DNA of 64,000 nt, taken from NCBI GenBank assembly GCA_965112155.1, contig OZ218098.1; one strand, given 5' to 3'. The notes under the pieces were generated by a model. It was given only the letters and a program-made list of their open reading frames with translations. It ran no database searches and was not told the DNA's origin. Positions 13,001 through 28,000 of the stretch are shown in pieces. The translations under genes and the position numbers were made by a program. The DNA comes from Podarcis liolepis. Its lineage: Eukaryota. Position 1 is the stretch's first letter. Each line of letters starts with the position of its first letter.

Positions 13001-16000
13001 ATATGCAAGATGATTTTTTGTATGTATCCTTAACATTTTAAAAAAAATACAGCTATCTTCATGAGTATTGATTTCCACCCCCAAACAGTATAGGAAAACA
13101 TAGTAGCTATTTATTAGAAGAATAAAATATAAAATTTGATTATCAAACCTAGTATTAATTAAATAATAATAATGTTGAAGAAATTCAACCCAGAATAATA
13201 ATATATCTTGTAATAATATATCTTGTTACTTTCAAGGGTCTGATTCTTGGGAGCAAGAACACTCCACTTAAATGTCCTTTCAAATGATTTTAATCCACAA
13301 ATCTTTAATAAGTATTTTCCTATAGAGAAGTACAAAATATAGAATGCATAAGAGGTAGACTTACCCTAGTGTGTTTAATTTGCTGGAAGCAGCCCAGAGT
13401 GGCTGGGGTAACCCAGTCAGATGGGCAGGATATAAATAAAATAAATAAAATAAAATAAACCACAATGAATCCAGTACATAGTCTCTTGAAATTAATGAGA
13501 CAACACCATGATTTTGAATTACTGTTGTTTGTACTTGATATTTGAAGTATATCATTTTTGTGACATTTTTTTGTTTTTTTTTTTAAATGGGGGAAAGATC
13601 TCCAGTAGGAGTGCCAGAAAGTACGCCACAGCTTTTTGGAAATTCCTGGAAAACTTCATCTGCCTGTGGTCTTGAGCATGATTATTCACCAGTGGATCCA
13701 TGTGATATTCATCTACAATCAGGTAAGTGTGACGATATTATAGACAGATATTGATGATGGAGTTGGAAGCATTATAAGAAGCTGTTGCAGGAGAGGAATT
13801 GTGAGCAACATCACGGGAGGAATGTTTCTAGTACCAAAATTAAACTTTCAAGCTCCCTTGTAGTTTCTGCTATTGCCAGCAGCAAAATGTTGTTGCTTTT
13901 ATAGGGTCATATTCAATTAACTTTTACTCAGTGGTGATCCATTAAATTTCTGATCCTGAATAACCCACAGTATTGAATTTTTTTTGGTGTGTATGTTGGT
14001 ACATTAGCTACCATGATGTTGTTTTATTACTCTGGTTATGAAATTGATTTTGATATTGTTGACTTTGAGAGGTATTGCTGTTCTCTTTCTTGTAAGCCAC
14101 TTTGAGCATGATGCTGTGTGTGTGTCGAAGGGAGTGTGGAAAGGCATTCTTATTAGTATTCTTAATTAAACGTATCTGTGTTTTAAGTCATTTTAGCCAG
14201 CTGGTTATGTTTCGTTTGAGTTTTCATCGATCAGTTGTGCAGCTGACAAAAAATGAATTTCATGATTTATTATTGTCAAGGATTGTGTAGAAAAAGTAAT
14301 ATAAAACAATATGTAATCAATATCATGACCCTGACTGAGCCTTATTTACTGAAAATATAGTAATAAAATTTATATCTGATGAAGAGAAATATTAATAGTG
14401 ATTGCTATTTGGAAAATTCCCATAAAAATGACTGTAGTCAGTTGTAGAGTTGTGCAGTTGGCTGTGGCTTATCTATGGCTGAATCAGATAAGCTGTAAAA
14501 AGTAATGTTTGTTCCACAGAAGAAAGCCTTTGCTATTAAATTTGGAGACTCTAACATGGTTATTTTATTATCATTTACTTTAACAGCCACTTATGCAACA
14601 GAAGCTTGCGGCATCATTACAAAAGAACTCTTTGCCCCATGCTTCTCCTACCTGAGTCCTCTCCCCTATTTTGAACAGTGCAGAAGAGATACCTGTAAAT
14701 GTGGGCAGATCTGCATGTGCTCCGCTCTATCCCATTATGCCCATCTGTGCCACAGATATGGAGTGGTGATAGACTTTCGGAGTTACGTCCCAGAATGTGG
14801 TAAGTTATTGTTCAGCATGTAATTAATTTAATGGCTGTCTGACATCTTGGGTACATTTCAAGACTAATCTAAATTGGATAAATCATTTGCTGGATATCCA
14901 AATTGAATGCACATGGTTAGATTGAAATAACTGTGTGCTACAGTAGATCAAAGTGGTACATGACTAGATGAGAAACATGGTAATGAAGAAAGCCCAAACT
15001 GTGAAGCTGGGTTGGGAACCAAGCACTGCATTCTCCTGTGAACAATATTCTGGGGCACACATGCAGGTCCACAGGCAAAAATGGGCAGAGCAATGAATAT
15101 GACTCTTACTGTTTTACAGTATGCTACATTCCAGCCATGCAAAAACCAGTTTTTTCTACACCCTCCTCAACAACTTGTCTCATCCAGGCAAGCAAGGGGC
15201 ATGATCACAGCTAAGTGACATATTCAAGCTAGGTAAAAACACATAGATATGGTGCAAAGCAGAACCAGGGATACGGTCATACAGTCTAGTATATAAATTA
15301 TAGTATGCTATAAAAATATCTCAGAAAAGATGCTGTACAAGTCTTGCACAAATGGAAGAACTTCTCTATATTTGGGGTGGTTTTGTCATGCTAGGGTGGA
15401 AACAGCCCTTCCATTTGTGGATGATTTGTTCCACTAATAGTGGAAGGGTACCTTTGGTCCAAGCCATTACTATTTAAATATATTAAGGAAAATTTCTGTT
15501 TGGTTCCCTCCTCCAAACTAAGCTCACTTTCCCCCGTTTATTTTTTTATTTTTCTTGTTTAAATGACACAGTTATAGTTAGTCATGTAAGTGGGATCCAG
15601 TGTGATTTGCAAGTCTAGTTTGCAGTACTTGGTGGCTGTGTAAAGTAACCTAAGGGGGTCTTAGTGGGGGAAAAAAAATCAGGCCTACACTAAATGTTGT
15701 ATAATAAATAAATAAATAATTTTCTTTGTGTAGTAAAAGTGTAAACATATTCACAGCCAGCAATACACTGGGATATGATTTGGGGCTAACTAAACTTGGG
15801 TTTAGGTTGTAGTTCTGTGCACATTTTCCAGAGAGTGAGTCCCCTGAACACAATGAGACTTATTTCCAAGTAAGCATGCAAGAAGCCATCCCAGTGTGTG
15901 GGATGAAATGTGTTACAGGCCTTTGAGAGTGGATTGCCTTTTATGCGTTTGGCTTGTAATATGAGAAGTCTGTTTCATTTGCTTAGCTCTTTCATGTGAA

Positions 16001-19000
16001 GATACAAAGGAGTACAGTACCTGTGTATCTACTTGTGGCAGATCCTGCCAAGCTTTCTCTGTGCCAGAGACGTGCAGTGATGATTGTGTTGAAGGCTGCA
16101 CCTGTCCTCTTGGAATGTATCTGAACAGCAAAACTGACAGATGTGTGCAACAGTAGGTATAATTTGTAGTGCTGACACCAACCACTTTGTAAAAGTATAT
16201 TTTCAGATTTAAGGGACCAGCTGAGAAATTGGTTTAACTTTCAGACATGAAATGAACTGCAGAACTAAAGAGTGGGGGGGGGGGGGACATGCTGCATTTA
16301 GCCAGCAGTGGGAATAGTAGGGTTTGTTGATGCTTATATGAGATGGTTGTAAACTTGGGGTGGCCAAACTTTTCTGTCAGTTTTGCCTCAAAGTATGAGA
16401 GAGTGCACTAGAATGGCCCCTCCAAGACTGTCTGCTTTTGCTTCACGTTTACCAAGTGAAGAAACAGGCAATAGTGCTAAGCAAGATATGTATATATAGG
16501 AACCCACACACAATTCTGTGATAGAGCTAAGCATTTCTGGACCATCACCTGGGAATGGGTGAGCAGATTAAGTCCATTTTTGTCTCATGCTCCAAAGAGC
16601 CTGTAGTGCCATGTTTCCATGTGAATTTTTTTGTGTTCAGAGTTTACTGAAGATTACCAAATTTGCACCATCCTGCAGTTCCATTATCTTGAGAATATGT
16701 GAGGTAATTTATTGAGGTTTCTGATTGTCACAGCCCTATTCATTTTGTTTTCCTTAGAAAATATATTTTGTGACCAGCAAGGATTACTGCTGAAGGGGAA
16801 ACATAAATGCTTGTCCATGGGCTCTGCCATTTGTTATTTATTATTGGCTGTGGATAGTACAGGGATAGGAATGCATTCCAATATACAGTGTTTGACAAGA
16901 ATACTTGTTAATATGTTAATACCTATTTATAAAGTGAATGCATCTTTATAACAGGGGGAGTCTGTGTTGTTTCCATGGAAACAAATTTTCTATTTTTCCC
17001 CCCTTTATAGAAATGAATGTCCCTGCTATTTTCAGGGTATTGACTATTCACCTGGAGAAAACATAATCACGTCTTTGGGAAAATGGTAAGCTATTCCCAC
17101 AGAAAGGGCAGTTTCTAATGTTCTGTGGGTTTTGCCACTCATACCATCTGGCAGAATCTTATGCTGCTGTGTTTAGCAGACACTGGGTTTGCCCCATCCC
17201 TTCTGACTTTGGAACCGAGATCAGCCACAGGGAGAGAGCATTGGTGTTGCTTTAAAAGATGGCACTGTCCCTTTCCACTGCATTCTTCCCTTCTGCTCCT
17301 GCAGCTGGCCTGTCTCACAGTCTGTATGGGCCTTCACTAGCTATGCTTCTGGAGGGCTAAGAATGAATTTTTAAGATGGCTTCCCTTGTGGCCCCATCTT
17401 TTTTCACCTGCTCAATACTGTATGTATTGAGGTCTGAAATATTAATTTGATTTGTGACTTGGGTCATATCCACACCATAGATTTAAAGCACCTTTAATAA
17501 TCAATTCCGTGTGCTGCTCTGGTTCACCAGAAATGGCTTAGTCATGCTGGCCACATGACCCGGAAGCTGTATGCTGGCTTCCTCGGCCAGTAAAGTGAGA
17601 TGAGCGCCGCAACCCCAGAGTCGGCCACGACTGGACCTAATGGTCAGGGGTCCCTTTACCTTTTAATACTCAATTTAAAGCACATAGCTTCCCCCAAAGA
17701 ATCCTGGGAAATCTGGTGCAAGAGTTTCTTAAAAGGGAAATCAGAGGGAAAATAGCATGTATGTACAGTACTGCCACCATTCTTTTCTTTGAAGAACTCT
17801 GACCAGATTCCTTAAGTTTATACAAAAAGATTCTGATGGTCCTGACTTCTTGCATTTTTGTTTCAGCCACTGCAGAGATGGAATGATGAACTGTGAGGAA
17901 AACAACATTGGTATGTAACATAAAGATGTTATTTAACCCAGAGTTCCCTCGTAGAGTCCTAGCCGTGCCAAAGTTAGAGCTCCCTGTTATACTCATCAAA
18001 CATGGGCAGGAATTTTCTAAGGGGAGGCCTGAGTCAGACCGGGACCCAATGGATCTCAAGCTGAGCTCAGTGCTATTCAGGCTGGCACAGCGCTTTGTCT
18101 ACCTTTGCTTTCTTTCCTGTGAGTGATGGGACTGTGGATGCTGGCTATTGGCTCAGCCTCTCTGTCATGACTTGCCACTTCTTGACTGTGGTTTGGATTA
18201 TAGAATCATAGAGTTGGAATAGACCACAAGGGCCAATGAGTCCAACCCCCTGCCAAGCAGGAAACACCATCAGAGCACTCCTGACATATGGTTGTCAAGC
18301 CTCTGCTTAAAGACCTCCAAAGAAGGAGACTCCACCACACTCCTTGGCAGCAAATTCCACTGTTGAACAACAAGAATTATCTTGCTCATTTTTAGTGTGC
18401 TGTTTTGGTTTGTTCCCCAGTAACTGGTAGTCAGAGGTATACTGACTCTAAACCTTGAGGTTCTACACAGCAGTTAGGATTAGTAGTCCCTGATAGATTT
18501 CTCCTCCATGTATTTGTCTAAACCTCTTTTAAAATCATACGAACTACTGGCCTGCCCACGACCACAACCCATAACAGCAAATTCCATAAATTAATGATGA
18601 AATGTGTGAGGAAGTAGTTTCAGTTGTCCATTGTGAGTCATGATTCTCCTCCAGTCAGTTTCATCAGATGGCCTGGAGTTCTTGGTGTGATGAGAGAGGG
18701 ACAAAAACTCTCTAAAGAATTAGATGTGTAGGACTGAAGACCAAATGTATAAATACAAAATGGAGGAATCTGGCTAGGCTTTAGCTTTAAAGAGGGTGCT
18801 TTGGGTTTTATGGTAAAGAGCAAACTAAATATGATGTATGTGTGTCTTCTATTGTTGTAGTTCATGACTGTCCAGATGACCAGATCTATGTAAACTGCAG
18901 TAACCCACAAACTATGGAGCTTGGCAGGGAGAGAACATGTGAAAACCAACTGCTAAACCTCACTATATCGGCACATCTTCCTTGTTTTTCAGGATGCATG

Positions 19001-22000
19001 TGTCCTCAGGGGTAAGTAAAGACAAACACAAGTTCAATTTTTATCCTACTAGTATAAAACCTATGGCCACTTCAGCACCTAGTGTACATTTGGTAGTATG
19101 GCCTTCTGCCTTTTAAGAAGTCAAAGACATTTGATGACTATGGCTAGCTCAAGTTATTTTGGCAGCAGAGGCAAGGGGATGCTTCACCCTCCTCCCATCT
19201 TGTCATATGCTGGACATCAAAAGCAAGCATCATGCAACGAAGCAGTGTTAAAAAGCCTCCATTGATCAAACAACCTTCAGTCCATTCTTATTCCTGTGGA
19301 GTTGTGTAGCTTTGCTATCTTTTCCATGGGGCGTTTGTACCCGTTGTAGAACTCACTCAATATCTTCAGGGATGAATCTGGTGCCCTCTGGATGTTTGGG
19401 ACTACAACTCCCAACAGTTCCTCCCAAACAGGAACTGTTTTAACTATGGAAACAGTTGCACATCTTTATTAAGAAGGCATCATGGTTTAGGTTTGGAGGG
19501 CACCAGTTTGGTTAAGGCTGGTATAGAGACATCCAGATTGGGTATCTTTTCCACAGAGGGTCTGTTTTATTAAAAGCAGTATCTCTGTATGAAGAATTTG
19601 GGTGGGATTCACATAACCAACATTGTCAGCAGCAGCTCCGCTCAAGGACTTCCACTTGTGCAGTGGGGTTTCCCCTTCCCTCATGTGTGTCCGCCTCCCA
19701 AATTGTCTTTCAGGGGGAGAAGAATGGGGGTTGTTCAATTTGGCAAGCTGAAATGCTTGTGCAGATGGAGCAACTGGAAGTGTGTGTGTGTGTGTGTCTT
19801 CCATCTGAGCTATGTATTATAGTGTCACTATACAGCTTTTGCCAGCAGGTCAAGATGCGCCTTTTTATCCAGGTATTGGGAGGGATAGGGTGAGATATTT
19901 ACTAATGCCGCCACCTCTGCTGCTTTTACTATGAATGCATGCATTTCATCTTTTTATATAACCTGTCAGGGTCTTTGGGTGAAGAGCAGGTAACAAATCT
20001 AACAGATCAATCAAAATTTCCAGGGTGCCTTACTAAGTTCTTAAAATTGTCTGTCAGATGTCCTGAGAAATTACATTTCCAGGATCCTTGGTACTTGGAT
20101 GACTGCCGTTCCAGATGCCAGCCATAGTGTAATGAAGATATTGTCAGTTAAAAGAGGGAATTAAAAGAGGCATTTGCAGTGATGGGAAGTGATGGCACTG
20201 GGGAAATCTCCTGTAGAGCTTGTGTTCAGCTCAAAAGAAGCTGAGTGCACCTAGGTTCACAATTATGGACCTCCCTCCTCCAGTTCTGAACTTTGGCACT
20301 GTCCATGGTATTTTTGCAAGAATAATGTTGCAGGAATAATGAAAATAAGGTTCTCGGAATATTCTGCTTGCTTTTTTCTCATCTCAAAAGAAAAAAAATA
20401 TTTCTCATTGTAAAACAGGTGGCATTACAGATCAAATAACTTATAAGAAGCTTAAATGAATTCCTGAAAGGTTTGTTTTTTAAAAAAAGAAAAGAAAAAT
20501 CATCACTTTCTAATTTATACAAGAAAATAATGATTTTAATGGAGCCCAAGAATGTTTCTTATCAATAGCCAGAGAGAATTATGCTAGCCTAACCCCACTT
20601 AATTGGGAATAAGTCCTATTGAATTCAGTAGACCTTATTTCTAAATAGACATGATTAGGATTGTGCAGTTAATGAAGTTAACATAGACAGAATGTAATAA
20701 CACAGACAGAATGTAATTTCTTTTAACCACCTTTTGTGACAGCAGTACTCTTCTGTTGTCCTTGCGGTAAAATGAACAGTCTGCATATCTGCAGTGTATT
20801 TCATAAATTCAAATGGACTGTTGTCTTGTCTTTTAAAAATGATGCAGGATTGAAGGAAGGGTATTTTACACCTTTAGTTCAAAAGCTTGACAATAACCTT
20901 CATTTTAAGTGTGCATCCTCCCAGCTGCTAAATCATTCTTTCTATAATAGCCTTTCCATAGAATTTATTGATACTTGCAGTGCAAGCCTATGCCTATTTG
21001 TGTGGAAGTAATCTCCACTGTGTAAGGCTTACTGATAGGGAGGTGTGTAGAGGCTTATAGCTTAGCTGATCATAGTAATAAACAGAATTTACTATAAATC
21101 TATCATGACTTGCCTTTAACAACATCCAGGCTTGCCTTCTCCTGTTAAGTGATGAGCTGGCATAAGATGGATCTATGATCAACTAAAAATAATGTGAAAG
21201 TCTCATTTTACCAAGTTGGCAATATTAAGTTTTTACTTTAAAAGTGCTAAATTTTAATGAGGGGTAATGTGACTATCTCCTAAAGGGAAATGTGTGGAAG
21301 AATCATACACACTTCCTCTGTCATTGCTTCTTCATAATATCTAAAGTGGCCCTTGGTGATGAGTGTAGGTGAGATGTTTTTCTTCAACGCTGTTCCTCTC
21401 AGTGTCTGTTCTGTGCATGCATTCATGTGTGTGGTTGGTAACTGCTGCTAATAGTAGGGGCTGATAAGTGGCATATGATTGAGATGCCAGTGAAATTAAA
21501 TCATGCCTAAGCTCAGTAATAGGGTCTATGAAAAGGTGCATCATTTCAGTTGGTCTGTAGGCATCGTATTGAACCTTGACATATAATAGAAATAAAGTCA
21601 TTTGTAGTAAGTGCCTAAAAGTCATGCTGTATTGGACCAAAGGCCCATCTTGTCCAGATGTCCATGGGAAGCCCTCAAGGATGATATGGGAGCAATAGCA
21701 CATTCCATACTTGTGCTTTCAGGCAATTGGTATTCAGAGACATACCACCTCTGATACTGGAGGTAGCACACAGAAGCCATTGATATCCTCCATGAATTTC
21801 TCTAAAATCCTTTTAAAGTCATTGAAGCTGGTGACCATTACTACATCTTATAGTAGTGAATTTAATAGTCTAATTATATGCACTGTGTGAAGAGGCATCT
21901 CTTTGTCTAGCTACAATTTTCCAGCATGCAGCTTCAGTAGCTGGGCCAAGGTTCGAGCATTATGAAGAGAAAGAAAAAAGTTATGTCTGTGTGCTTTCTA

Positions 22001-25000
22001 CACATTAAGCATATTCCTATATTATGTCCCTCCCCCACCCCGCTTGCTTACTTTTTGAACTAAAATGTCCCATATGTTGTAATTTTCCCTCATAAGGGAA
22101 TTGTTCCAGCTCCATGATCATTTTGGTTGCCCTTTTCTGAACCTTTTCCAGCTATACAATATTCATTTTGAGGTGTGGAGACCACCTGCCAAAATGTCAA
22201 AATGGCATTTTGTTTTGTTTTTCTGAGTTCTTAGATCATTGTAATCAATCTGGCTGCTTGGCTTTCCAAGAGAGAAAGCTGTTAACACTTGTTTTATGCA
22301 GGGTAATATTACAGACATGAAACTTGCACTTTGGTCTCACCTTGTCAAAGTGATGCTCTTTGTCTCTAAATGTGGCCTACTTAGTTGGTAGCTTAAACCA
22401 GTGGGAATTTTCAGCTTTGTAGTTCACTATCCATCTAAGAAAGTGACACAGAACTTGAAATGGTACAGCAACTCCCAACAGGCTTTAAATAAAATTATAG
22501 TTTTAAAGTTTAATATAAATGTTGTTTTTCGGAAAAAGTTACTGCCTTCTCGGTAAACATTTTCTAGATAACTTGTAAAATTAGAGAAAGCAAACACACT
22601 CAGGAAAGCTTTGGCTATTATTGCTCCACAGTTTACAAAAGAGTGATTCATCTTTTTATAAAAGTGTTCCTGTGAAATCTTAGGTTGCATTTATGTCTAG
22701 ACATTGACCAAAACAGTCATCATGCCAAAGACTTTGTAAAAAGATGTATTTGTTATCCTGGCACTGATTATCCAGTACCAATACTTGAAATGTTCGCTGG
22801 CAAACTTTTTTTCTAGTCTAGAGGACTTTTCTAGACGACTGTAGAAGATGCTAGACGAGGGAGGGGGAATTATTACTGCAAATTTGTTAAATTCTTTTTT
22901 TATCGCAGAAAAGCTTAGGTGACTGTGATGGTTAAACCAGCAACAAAATGCAGTGTTTAATAAATGTTTTGAAAAAGAATAATTGATAAGATAAATCTTG
23001 GTGAGGGAGAGCATATTTTAAAACACTTTAGCTGTTAATCATAATAGTTATTATTTTCCACCCTTCATCCTAAGGTTTCAGGGCAAGTAACAGCATTAAA
23101 ACACAATATTAAAAATAGGTTAAAATGGCTTACAGTCAGAGAAATAAGACATGTTCTTAAACACCTCAAGTGTCAAAACTAGGCCAAAAGTAATAGCAAT
23201 GCTTACATCATGGGTACCTGTCTGATCGTGACTGTGGCATCAATGCTCTGTTTCACATGTATATGCCCCCACCCATGCTCAGTTGAATTATTCAGTAGCA
23301 ACCAGGAATATATGTATGCAAACTGTTTCTTCAAATTTACATAAATTTAAAAATATAATTGACAATGCGTTTCTATTTGATGTTTTTTATAGCCTTGTTA
23401 AACATGGTGATGCATGTTTCAAGTCAGATGAATGCCCATGTTCTTGGAAAGGCAAAGAGTACTTTCCTGGGGATAAAGTAATTTCTTCCTGCCATACATG
23501 GTGAGTAGAAACTTTAAAAAAATAAAATCTCATGTTATAAATGCAACTATACTATTCTGGTTCTGAATTGCTGTTTTGTTTTTTTCCTATTTCAGTATTT
23601 AAATGCATATACCGGCATTTAAGTGATTTTTTTAAAAAAAATAACCATCTTAAAATAGTTCTTAATAACCGAATTATGCATTGGGAAAATGATGGATAGC
23701 TATGGGTAAAAAATTAGAAATTAATCAGTGTAATAACTCCAGAGGACTGATTTGGAGTCGGGGAAAGGTGAAGCACCTGTGAAAGATGATGAGGTGACAA
23801 CTGACCTTCTGACAGCAGAGTCACTCCTACTTACCTGGAGGGAGGGGACAAGGCAAGGTGGTGAGAAGGACAGCACATTGCAAATGCACTGACAGAGCCA
23901 ATCTAGGACTCCTTCTGGTTCATTTGCACTGCACTGACATTCCTGTCTCCTTGCTCATATACTTCTCTCTCCCTGTTTGCAGCAGAGACTCAACTGCTGG
24001 GAGGTCAGGTAATCACACTATCACACCACACTATTCCACCATTATTGTGAAGCACCTGCTTCTGCCAAATGCCTTCCTTTCAAAGCTGCTTCACTTTTTT
24101 TCTAAAAACTAAGTCATAGGGGGACTATTGCATTAATTAGCCTGTGATGTATAGTTTTCCCTTAACATCTAAACACAATATTAACTACCTTTCCTAGATT
24201 AGTTCCCACTTCCATACATATTTTAAAGATGTGTCTTAGTCTCCTTTCATAAATCACCTTATTTTCTCCTTGTCTTTTTCATATTTGGACTAAAACCCAA
24301 ATAAACAAATCCTGTTACAGCATCATTTGCTTAACAGTGGTTGATACTCATACAGCAGTTCTTAAGCAAGATCCTTCACTATCCACCCATTTTTCTGAAC
24401 CAGTGATATGCTGGTGTTTCCATACAACAAACAAATGTGTGACAGCTAAAATCTTGGAAATAATACCCCATCTTATGCCTCTTCTTCCCATCATCTAGAC
24501 TGATAGCAGAAGTACTACAGAGTGTTGCAACCACAACTCTGTATCTTAACAGTATCTTAACCCCTGTTGACCAGTTTGGCTAATTTGTTCCATCTGGTTA
24601 CCACTGGGCCTGCACAACTTTATAGGGCCTAGAGTAATCCAGGCTGGTCCAGTCAGCACTAGTCAATGCCTTGTCTGGATGTCTTTGCCCAATCCAGCCT
24701 TGTGCTGACTGACTGCCTCTGCCTCTTGTCAGGTTCTCAGTATCTGCTCTAGAAGACATTTGTAGCCCTTTGGCCGACTGGTGAAGCGACTTACAAGCCA
24801 TCTCTACTTGGCAGGAAGGTAAAGTGACCCCGTGTTACCTCCCTTGGTCCCCAAGGCCTGTACACTTTTAACTTTCAATAATTGTTTGCACACACAAAAA
24901 TTCATTCCCTGTAGAGGATGTCATGAAGGGCTTGCTGTAATTCTGAAACAGCATAGTGTATTCGTTGAGAGGTCTAAACCCAGTCATTAATAATATAACA

Positions 25001-28000
25001 GGCAAGAGGATAATTAGATCGTTAGTATTTATTTTCTGATCTTATCAAGAAGTGAATCTTCACTACAGCATAAACTTCCAATTATCCACCAATATGCTAC
25101 CAATATCCACGTTGCTTATAGAAGAAAGCTCAGTGGGCAGGATTCACCTAACAAGCTCTATCAGTGAAAGCCATTGCAAGGGTTAAAGGGTCTTACTCGT
25201 TGTGTCCTCTCCTCCCAATTTGGCTTGAGGACAAAACAGCGTGTAGGGCAGATGGGGGATAATTTTGTCTGGCAAGCTTGCATGAATAGAATGCTTGTAA
25301 TAGTGTGATATGTTTTTCCCAATATGTTTTACAAGATACTCAAGGTGAGTTTGGTAGAATGTAAATATTTATCAGTTATTTATCTTGCTATGCTGCTATG
25401 CAGAACCTAGCAAATATTTATCTTTATTACGGTCATAGACCAGCATAAGTAGGGTGGGGTACAATCATTTGCAAAATCTGTAAAATGTTTTGGAGAGCTA
25501 AAATTATTAAAACAGAAGGTATATATAAAAGACTATAAGAAGCTAAAATAAGCTAAAAGAAGGGTTAGGAGCATTAAATGGATGTGGAAGAGCGTAAAAG
25601 GTTAGTATATAAGAGGCTATGACTATCAATTTACAAAGCCCTCTGATATGAGTGTTCATTAAATCTAGTTTGTGGTGCAGGTCATCAACCAATGAATTTT
25701 GAATGCTGCTTTGCAGAACCTAGCAACATTGTATGTTGTAGCAAGGTTGGCGTCTGAAAGCAGCAGGGAGGTATAGAATTGTCCTGTGCGCCCTGGCTAC
25801 TTATGGAGTAGTGGGAACATGAGGCTAAAACAGATGTACAACATGCTCTGTTGTTTCTATTTGTCCAGAATCATGGGGGCATTGTCTCTCCGAGTAATGA
25901 ATCTTCCTATAGTAAATACGTATTATTGATTATTGTTCATATCTCAGGTTGATGCTGAAATGGATATTAGACTAACATCACACTGAATAAGAATAGAATT
26001 TGTTATTAATGGATATCCGGTGAATGTATAACTGTATGTGTTAATGAAACTGGACTAACTGTATTTCATTTTTATAAATACATGTGTAGATTTAAAAAAA
26101 CAAAACACCTTCACAATACCACTGTATATCTATTTTTCAACGTGGCATTTATTTTTGATATTTGTATTAGTTGTATCAGACTAAGTCATGCTCAGAGCAG
26201 AACCAGTGACATTAATGGAGCCAAGTTAGCCATGACATTATTTCCATGGATCTGTTATGTGATCTATTATGTAATTGGATACAGTTCTATGATTTTTTTG
26301 TAATCTTTTCAGGTAGTTTCATTTATTTCCTACTTTTCATTTTGAGTTTTTACTTTACATGTGTTCAGTTTAGTGTTACAATATATTATAATTCAGATGA
26401 TTATATAATTTCACATGGAATCAGCAAACATTTTTATTCTTCCCAAAGTGGGATGCTATGAGGTTTTTGTTGTCTGGCATTGCAGCATTCAGTTAGGTCC
26501 AGCAATTTGGACCCAGAAGCAGAATTCACACACATTGCTTTATGCATGTGCATCTTATCCATTCACTGAAATGTATGGATTGGTTGCATGTGCAACAACT
26601 TTGTGTCCGAACTGGATTTCTGGATCAGGAGGAGTGTCAATGCATTTTGCTTTCACAGAAGATTAACAGACTTATTTGTGCATTGATAATTACAATTACT
26701 TTTGAAATTATATCTCTTGATTTTCTTTCCACCGTCACCAGCATCTGCTATCATGGGTCATTTGAATGCACTTTCCATCCTTGCCCATCAATGTGTACTA
26801 CATATGGAGACCGCCATTACAGAACTTTCGATGGACTTTCCTTTGATTACATTGGGAATTGTAAGGTTTACCTGGTTAAGGTAAGACTTTGAGGGTTTTT
26901 TGTTTTGTTTTGCTTTTTTCTAAAAAAACAACATACTACGTATTCTAAATTTTAAGTTGAATAAAACTTGCATTAAAAAGTAAGACTGGTGGCATTTTTT
27001 TACCTGCTGCCAGCCATCTCTGTGTGAGTTCTATCTTCAGAGCCAGAGAGAGATATCATTAAGGGGTGGGATCAGAGTGGCTGGAGAATTGGACACATTA
27101 GACCGGTTTTCATCAAATGTCAACAAGTTGCAACCAGCTGCTTTTTCCCCCTTCTGCAGAGTTCCTCAATTACTAGTATATCGATCATCATAGAAAACGT
27201 GAATTGCTTTAACACTGGGATCATTTGCAGAAAGTATATTTTCATTAACATTGGAAAATCATTCATAATATTTGACGATGACACTGGAGATCCGGTAAGC
27301 TCTGGCACCGCAGAAGGAAAGACACATAGGTATAACTGTACTAGGGACTGCTGCCCCTGCTTGCTCTGCTCACCAACCCTGCAAGCCTACAAATGTTTGC
27401 CACCCTCTTCTCCCACACCTGACTACTGCCTCAATTTGCCTTGTGCTTGAGCCAGCTCTGGTACACATATACATATTTTCCCCTTCAGTGCCTTTGTGTT
27501 TTGCACTGCACATGCTTGCCCCTGACATCACATGATGGATTTGCTGGTGTGTGTGTGTGTCAAGCAAGGTGATAAGCAGCATGCAGAAAAAATGCAAAAT
27601 GGACCCTGCACATTAGACATATGTACAAAGCAACCTCTAAGCATGCATAATTTAAACAATGGTTTCAAGCCAAGAAACGTCACGTCTTTTGAAAAAACAG
27701 ACCCATATATTAAGTAATATTAACCTAGAGAGATGTTCAGAAGACACTGAAGTTCTTCTAAATGTAGTTTACACAAACTTTTACTGTGTGATGAGCACAG
27801 CACTCCATAGTCGCCTTTGACTGGACTTAATCACCCAGGAGTCCTTTATCTTAACTTTTACAGTGATCCATGTATTAATAACCATGAGACTGGATTGATG
27901 CAACACACTCTATGTGGGGTTGCCCTTAAAGCTGCAGCTGGTACAGAATGCAGCTGTGTGGCAGTTCACTGAAGCAACCCACCACGAGCACATAAGCCCT

